DNA of 43,103 nucleotides from an uncultured Bacilli bacterium (lineage in GTDB: Bacteria; Bacillota_I; Bacilli_A; ML615J-28; CAG-698): positions 1 through 43,103 of the forward strand of contig CANQVW010000002.1 of assembly GCA_947627395.1 (NCBI GenBank), given 5' to 3'. Numbering within the stretch: the stretch's first letter is position 1; every line of letters starts with the position of its first letter. The notes beneath the pieces are model-generated. The model saw nothing but the letters and a program-made list of their open reading frames with translations. It did not search any database and had not been told where the DNA came from. Both the position numbers and the translations under genes were made by a program. Shown here one piece after another: positions 38,792 through 43,103 of the stretch.

Positions 38792-39205
38792 TAGAGTCTT
38801 GAAAAAAACAAATATTTTATGAAACATGTCAATACTTTTTCAAAATAGAATATTTACTTCTCATTTTGAAAATAGAGGAATGATAAAGTCCTAAATATTC
38901 ATAAACCATCAAGAATAGGGTAAAGCTTTCCCATACCTATATTTTAAAATATGATGCATATGTGAATAAATAGTCAGATTATGTTAATCATATCAAAGCC
39001 TAAGACACAATCATTAAAAAAGTTAGGGCTGTTTATTATGTTTACAAAGCAACATCTAAAGAAGTTGAAGTAGAATTTTACGTTAAAAACACTTTGAATA
39101 TTTTCAAAAATAAATAGAAAATATTTTTGTATCACCAGTTAAAGATAATCAAAAGGACTGATACAAAGCTATCGAAAATGAAAAAAGCTTAAGAAAGAAA
39201 ATAAT

Positions 39206-39260
39206 TTTAATGAATGAGATTAAACAACTCATCAAGGAGATAAAAAATGAATAAAGAATA
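39206..39260 (+). pseudogene. relic of the hslO 3' end (last 12 codons plus stop) and the first 5 codons of the M42 peptidase gene
   Basis: 39216-39260 is the exact reverse complement of 35049-35093. Ten further bases match after a 2-bp deletion. It reads EIKQLIKEIKNE* followed by ATGAATAAAGAATA. Confidence 0.85.
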
Positions 39261-39465
39261 CGACAGATGTAATCACAAATTAAAAACAATATTCATAGAG
39301 AATTTTTAATCAATAAAATTACTTCACTAAGATATAGAAGCCCAATATTAAATACTAGATCAACAATTAAATGAAGATAGAAACAGCAAGAGAGGGAAAA
39401 TATTGTTTAATGTTATTATGACTTTGCAATTGCCCTAACAAATTAAAGGTAATATTATTAAAAGG

Positions 39466-39494
39466 TTGACATTTAAAAATATTTGATATATAAT
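39466..39494 (+). promoter_or_regulatory. consensus promoter of the lipoprotein gene
   Basis: TTGACA, 17 nt, TATAAT. Confidence 0.65.
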
Positions 39495-39527
39495 AAATTG
39501 TAAAAACAAGGTGAAGGAGGGAATAAA

Positions 39528-40394
39528 ATGAAGAAAGTATTATCATTTTTGTTTTTATTTGCTTTATCATTTTTATTAGTGGGATGTGATAAAAGTTACA
39601 ACGAAACCTACGATATGAACAAGGAAGTAGATTATAAAGAAGAATTAACAGGAGAAGAGTTGACTGCAAAAATTACTGAAATTGCTGAAAATCAAACAGA
39701 AGTTAATTCTATTAACATTGAATTAAAAATAACTGGAACAACGGAAATTCCAAATGAAGATTTTACATCAACAACAAAAGAAAAATTTAATTTTAATTTT
39801 TCTGTTAAATTAAATAATGAGGGAGATGAGCCTCAAGTTGATGTTTCCTTAAATGGAAAAGTTGGTGGGGATGAAATGAATGCTCATGCTTGGTATAAAG
39901 AAAGAGATTTCTTCCTTTCTTTAGATATTCCAGGTGAAACAGAAGAAGAAAGCATTAATCAAAAAATTTGGATGCATTTATCTGATGAAGATTTAGCAAC
40001 ATTAGAAGGTATTTTAGGTAGCCTAACAAATCCTCAAACACCAGGATTACCAACAACACCTGGAACACCTGAACTACCAAGTGAAGAAGAGTTACAAGAA
40101 ATGATTAGCCAATTGTTTGCATCCATTCAAAAAGCAGGAACAGATAGTAAAGGAAATCTTGTATTTGAATTCGATACAAGTCAAAATACATCATTAATGA
40201 ACGCACAAATCAAAGGAAGAGTTGTTTTTTCTGACAATAAATTAGTTTATTGTATTTTCGAAGCAGGTGATACAACTATTTCTGTTGAAGTAAACTACGA
40301 TAGTGTAAATGTTAAATTACCAAATAAAGATAAATATGAAGAAAAATCTGTTACTGAATTATTAGCATCTTTAGGCGGATTTATGCCTCAATAA
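39528..40394 (+). CDS. lipoprotein of unknown function with a Pro/Thr-rich linker
   Basis: Lipobox MKKVLSFLFLFALSFLLVGC, GGAGGG RBS, a consensus promoter upstream and a strong terminator downstream. Confidence 0.8.
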   Translation: MKKVLSFLFLFALSFLLVGCDKSYNETYDMNKEVDYKEELTGEELTAKITEIAENQTEVNSINIELKITGTTEIPNEDFTSTTKEKFNFNFSVKLNNEGDEPQVDVSLNGKVGGDEMNAHAWYKERDFFLSLDIPGETEEESINQKIWMHLSDEDLATLEGILGSLTNPQTPGLPTTPGTPELPSEEELQEMISQLFASIQKAGTDSKGNLVFEFDTSQNTSLMNAQIKGRVVFSDNKLVYCIFEAGDTTISVEVNYDSVNVKLPNKDKYEEKSVTELLASLGGFMPQ

Positions 40395-40400
40395 AAATCA

Positions 40401-40458
40401 AAAGGGATTGTGAAAGCCTTAACTTTTAGAAAGTAGGGTTTCACAGCCCTTTTTTCTT
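40401..40458 (+). terminator. intrinsic terminator after the lipoprotein gene
   Basis: Stem AAAGGGATTGTGAAA/TTTCACAGCCCTTT (one bulge) followed by T6. Confidence 0.75.
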
Positions 40459-40573
40459 TTTTATACAAAAAACGTCTCCGGGTTCGATTCCCGAAGCGTT
40501 TTTGTTTTATTCTCTTCATTGACTATTTAAAAAAACTGTTGTATAATTAAAAAGAAGAATTTACATAAAGGGA

Positions 40574-41113
40574 ATGAAGATTATGATTTATATATATGTT
40601 CTTCTTGCAATAGGGATTCTTATTTGTTTCATTCAACTATTTATATTACCTATATACAAGAGAAATAAAATCAAAAATCAACTATTTAAATCTATTGAAA
40701 ATAAATCCTATACTTTAAAACAAATTCATCATGAAAGTTATGATTTTACTTTAGAAAGTGACAAAATGATTTTATTGATTAAATGTATTATGATTAGTCC
40801 TAATTCTATGATTACCATTAATAGTCAAGAAACATGGGATTTATCTTATGGAGGATTAGATAAAAGTAAGGGAAAATCTTTTCCTCATCATAAATATTTA
40901 AATGAATTAATTCCATTTTTGAAAAAGAATTTTCAAACAGAAAAACAAAATCGTAAAGTTATTTTAATTTATCCATCAACAACACAAATTGTACGATATC
41001 TAAATGAAAGTGAATTAGAAGAAATTCATGTGTCTGATTTACCTTATGGATATAAAGTGATTCAATTTGCATCATGGGATGAAGAAATGGAACAATTATT
41101 TCTTCTAAAATAA
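40574..41113 (+). CDS. hypothetical membrane-anchored protein
   Basis: One N-terminal TM helix followed by a ~140-aa soluble part. ATG 40583 is an alternative start with better spacing from AAAGGGA. Confidence 0.55.
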   Translation: MKIMIYIYVLLAIGILICFIQLFILPIYKRNKIKNQLFKSIENKSYTLKQIHHESYDFTLESDKMILLIKCIMISPNSMITINSQETWDLSYGGLDKSKGKSFPHHKYLNELIPFLKKNFQTEKQNRKVILIYPSTTQIVRYLNESELEEIHVSDLPYGYKVIQFASWDEEMEQLFLLK

Positions 41114-41148
41114 AAGGAATTTGCATATCATTTACTGAGGTGAATGAT

Positions 41149-41436
41149 ATGAACAACGTGAATTCTGCTTTAAAAACAGTCAGTCAAGAAATTATTTTAA
41201 AAGATCGAAAAGATTTAACCATTACAGGAGTAAAAAAGGTCAACACATTAAATCCCACTTGTTTTGATGTGGATACGATTTTAGGACGTATGAAAGTAGA
41301 TGGCAAAGATTTAGAAATGATGTCTATGGATATTGAAGAAGGTGTATTGGTGATTACAGGCAGTATTCACCAAATGTCATATTTAGATAATGCAAAGAAA
41401 AAAGAAGCAGGTTTTTTCGCAAAATTATTTAAATGA
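41149..41436 (+). CDS. yabP: sporulation protein YabP
   Basis: LTITGVKKVNTLNPTCFDVDTILGRMKVDGKDLEMMSMDIEEGVLVITGSI matches the YabP pattern. ATG 41149 sits 5 nt after GAGGTG; GTG 41140 is the ORF-track start. Confidence 0.85.
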   Translation: MNNVNSALKTVSQEIILKDRKDLTITGVKKVNTLNPTCFDVDTILGRMKVDGKDLEMMSMDIEEGVLVITGSIHQMSYLDNAKKKEAGFFAKLFK

Positions 41437-41939
41437 TGTATACTTTTTATGAACAAACTCTTTTCATGATTCAATTTATTCTTTTGGGAATGTTTATTTC
41501 TATTGCGTCTGATACCATTGTTGTTTTATTTTCTTCCAATCGATGGTATGAAATATTGATCAAAATTCTGTTATGGACAGGTTTAGTTTACTTAAGTTGT
41601 GTCTACGTGATGCATATAAGTGATGGGTATCTTCCATTTTATTTTTTCCTTTTCTTTCTCGTTGGCTATATTCTTTATACAAAGTTTCTAAGAAAAGAAT
41701 ATCTAAAGTCATGGACAAAAATCAAAGGATACAAAGGAAAAATATGGGAAATACTATTTCCTGTGACAATTTTTTCTTTCTTTAAAAAACAATTTAAAAA
41801 AATAAAACAAAAACACAAAACAAAAAAAGCAAAAAGAAAAGAACAAAGGAAGCAAAGAAAAATTCTTAAAAAAGAAAGGAAAAAACATGAAAAAAATCAA
41901 AATACTCATTCTATCCATATTTTGTCTATCTTGTTTTAG
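41433..41939 (+). CDS. yabQ: spore cortex biosynthesis protein YabQ-like membrane protein
   Basis: ATGA overlap with yabP, three or four TM helices, then a Lys/Arg-rich tail. The call rests on position and topology. Confidence 0.7.
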   Translation: MMYTFYEQTLFMIQFILLGMFISIASDTIVVLFSSNRWYEILIKILLWTGLVYLSCVYVMHISDGYLPFYFFLFFLVGYILYTKFLRKEYLKSWTKIKGYKGKIWEILFPVTIFSFFKKQFKKIKQKHKTKKAKRKEQRKQRKILKKERKKHEKNQNTHSIHILSILF

Positions 41940-42819
41940 TTTGGTAGGGTGCACAAAAGAACAAGAAGATGTTGATATTTATGCATCTATTTATCCAATT
42001 TATTATTTAACTGATCGAATTGTACAAGATAAATTGGTTGTAAAACAAGTCTATCCTATGGGAACAGATGTCCATGATTATGATCCAGGTGTAGGTTCAG
42101 CTTTGATTTCCATGGCCCAAGCGAAATTGATGTTTTATGTTGGGTATGGTTTAGAAAGTTTCATTGACGTTGCGAAAGATAAAATTTTTGCTTCTACTGG
42201 AATCCGTTTGATAGAATTGGGTTCATACATTCAAATGGTTGATCCAATTACTATTTCACCATCCAATGGAGATCATCAACATGATGTAGACACCCATGTG
42301 TGGATGGATCCAAAAAGAATGATTGTTTTTTCGCAAATCATTTTGCAAGAAGTTTGTGCGATTGATCCTGAAGATGAAGCTTTCTTTAATGAAAATGCGA
42401 AATCTTTAATTGAAGATTTACAAGCTTTAGATCAAGAATATGTTGATTTTTTAAGTGATGAATCTTTAATTAAGGTGATACTCGTAGATCATGATTCTTA
42501 TGTATATTGGGAAGACCGATATGGAATTCAAAGAATTAGAACAAGAGTTGATAATGAAAGTTGTGATGTTGTTCCATCCCATTGGAGTAAAAATATTGAA
42601 CTTGCAAAATCATATGGAATTAAATATATTGTTACAACAAAAAATGAATCATTTTGTTCGATTGTTGATAAATATGCAAAAGAATTAGGAGCAGAGATTG
42701 TGGAACTAAATCATATTTCCACATTAACAAAACAAGAATCAAAAAAACATGAAAACTATATTTCTATTATGAGAAAAAACTTAGAAGTTTTAAAGAAGAT
42801 ACTTCCAAGAAAATCCTAA
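41887..42819 (+). CDS. metal (Zn/Mn) ABC transporter substrate-binding lipoprotein, ZnuA/TroA family, orphan
   Basis: Lipobox LSCFSLVGC, then DVHDYDP...YVGYGLESF...DHQHDVDTHVWMDP, typical of cluster A-I binding proteins. No permease or ATPase gene is adjacent. Confidence 0.85.
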   Translation: MKKIKILILSIFCLSCFSLVGCTKEQEDVDIYASIYPIYYLTDRIVQDKLVVKQVYPMGTDVHDYDPGVGSALISMAQAKLMFYVGYGLESFIDVAKDKIFASTGIRLIELGSYIQMVDPITISPSNGDHQHDVDTHVWMDPKRMIVFSQIILQEVCAIDPEDEAFFNENAKSLIEDLQALDQEYVDFLSDESLIKVILVDHDSYVYWEDRYGIQRIRTRVDNESCDVVPSHWSKNIELAKSYGIKYIVTTKNESFCSIVDKYAKELGAEIVELNHISTLTKQESKKHENYISIMRKNLEVLKKILPRKS

Positions 42820-42831
42820 TATATAATTAAA

Positions 42832-42864
42832 TTCTACTAATGAGAACCATTGGTAGAGTTTTTT
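42832..42864 (+). terminator. intrinsic terminator after the ZnuA-like gene
   Basis: Stem CTACTAATG/CATTGGTAG (one G-U pair) followed by T6. Confidence 0.7.
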
Positions 42865-42902
42865 AAAATATTTAACTTATAAAAAAATTTCCAAAAAAAA
42901 GA

Positions 42903-42931
42903 TTGACATTGTTGTGAAACTATTGTATAAT
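42903..42931 (+). promoter_or_regulatory. consensus promoter of the tRNA cluster
   Basis: TTGACA, 17 nt, TATAAT with TG at the extended -10 position, 30 nt upstream of tRNA-Tyr. Confidence 0.7.
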
Positions 42932-42961
42932 GTTATAGCAGTTTGTGAAAGAACGATTTAT

Positions 42962-43046
42962 GGAGAGATAGCGAAGTGGCTAAACGCGGTGGACTGTAAA
43001 TCCACTCTCTACGAGTTCGATGGTTCGAATCCATCTCTCTCCACCA
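42962..43046 (+). tRNA. tRNA-Tyr (anticodon GTA), CCA encoded
   Basis: Acceptor GGAGAGA/TCTCTCC, anticodon loop CTGTAAA, long variable arm, T-arm GATGGTTCGAATCCATC. Closely resembles Bacillus tRNA-Tyr. Confidence 0.95.
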
Positions 43047-43066
43047 TTTTTATTGCTCATTCGAAT

Positions 43067-43103
43067 AGGGCCATAGCCAAGCGGTAAGGCAAAGGACTTT
43101 GAC
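43067..43103 (+). tRNA. tRNA-Gln (anticodon TTG), truncated by the window edge
   Basis: AGGGCCATAGCCAAGCGGTAAGGCAAAGGACTTTGAC matches the 5' half of Firmicutes tRNA-Gln through the anticodon loop CTTTGAC. Confidence 0.8.

Noticed and set aside
38889-38940. Possible solo IS end: CCTAAAT...CCATACCTATAT resembles the two ends of the 28-nt IR.
   Set aside because: The two matching pieces are separated by ~35 unrelated bases, versus a contiguous 28 nt in the real IR. The short AT-rich matches are compatible with chance.
39367-39669. 100-aa minus-strand ORF spanning the lipoprotein promoter and start.
   Set aside because: It overlaps a consensus promoter, the RBS and the signal-peptide region of a convincing + strand lipoprotein gene. 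It has no RBS of its own and no recognisable family.
40474-40500. tRNA-like T-arm sequence CCGGGTTCGATTCCCGA just after the lipoprotein terminator. It could be a tRNA gene or an integrase att remnant.
   Set aside because: No acceptor, D or anticodon arm can be built around it, and there is no CCA-proximal acceptor strand. No integrase or second copy is visible in the window. It folds as a weak A-run/hairpin/T-run structure, so it is at most a secondary terminator or a very short tRNA-derived relic.
40574-41113. NERD-like nuclease pattern (YDFTLESDKMILLIKCI...W) in the membrane-anchored 179-aa protein.
   Set aside because: The putative catalytic E-x-K is LIKCI here and the similarity is too weak to call by eye. 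It is kept as hypothetical.
41754-41954. Minus-strand ORF 41754-41954, plus general similarity between the Lys-rich coding tails at 36600-36690 and 41780-41880.
   Set aside because: The ORF is the antisense of an AAG/AAA-rich tail. The DNA similarity is low-complexity purine-run resemblance, not a true repeat.

Overview
AT-rich (roughly 30% G+C by eye) chromosomal segment of a Bacillota-type organism. The lineage looks like an endospore former, because yabP, yabQ and a SpoVK-like AAA+ gene are present together with a SufU-type sufCDSUB operon and LtaS. The genetic code is standard: TGA acts as a stop in six ATGA stop/start overlaps. About 40 CDS are supportable, nearly all on the + strand. 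In window order they are:
- a flavodoxin/4Fe-4S ferredoxin coupled to a large orphan membrane protein
- a heterodimeric ABC exporter
- a tandem AAA+ ATPase
- sufCDSUB
- an envelope cluster: motif-dead ABC-like protein, 6-TM protein, LtaS, alpha/beta hydrolase, membrane-anchored MurF-like ligase and Ddl
- a tilS-hpt-ftsH-S4 operon extended by a GH4 6-phospho-glycosidase and a BadF-type sugar kinase
- a Maf/zinc-ribbon/membrane fusion
- one intact IS (IS4 superfamily, IS1634-like) with terminal inverted repeats and a 6-bp target duplication
- an ABM protein plus an LRR/flavodoxin lipoprotein
- M42 peptidase, hslO and lysS on the minus strand
- yabP-yabQ, an orphan ZnuA-like lipoprotein, and the start of a tRNA cluster (Tyr, then Gln truncated by the window edge)

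There is no CRISPR array, rRNA, prophage or recognisable defence system. The items most worth follow-up are:
- the motif-dead ABC look-alike coupled to ltaS
- the orphan TM/Rossmann/RyR-like protein coupled to a ferredoxin
- the surface LRR-flavodoxin lipoprotein
- the membrane-tethered Maf and MurF variants
- an exact 45-bp inverted duplication of the hslO/peptidase junction that brackets the minus-strand hslO-lysS block

All functional calls come from motif recognition by eye. No database search was run.
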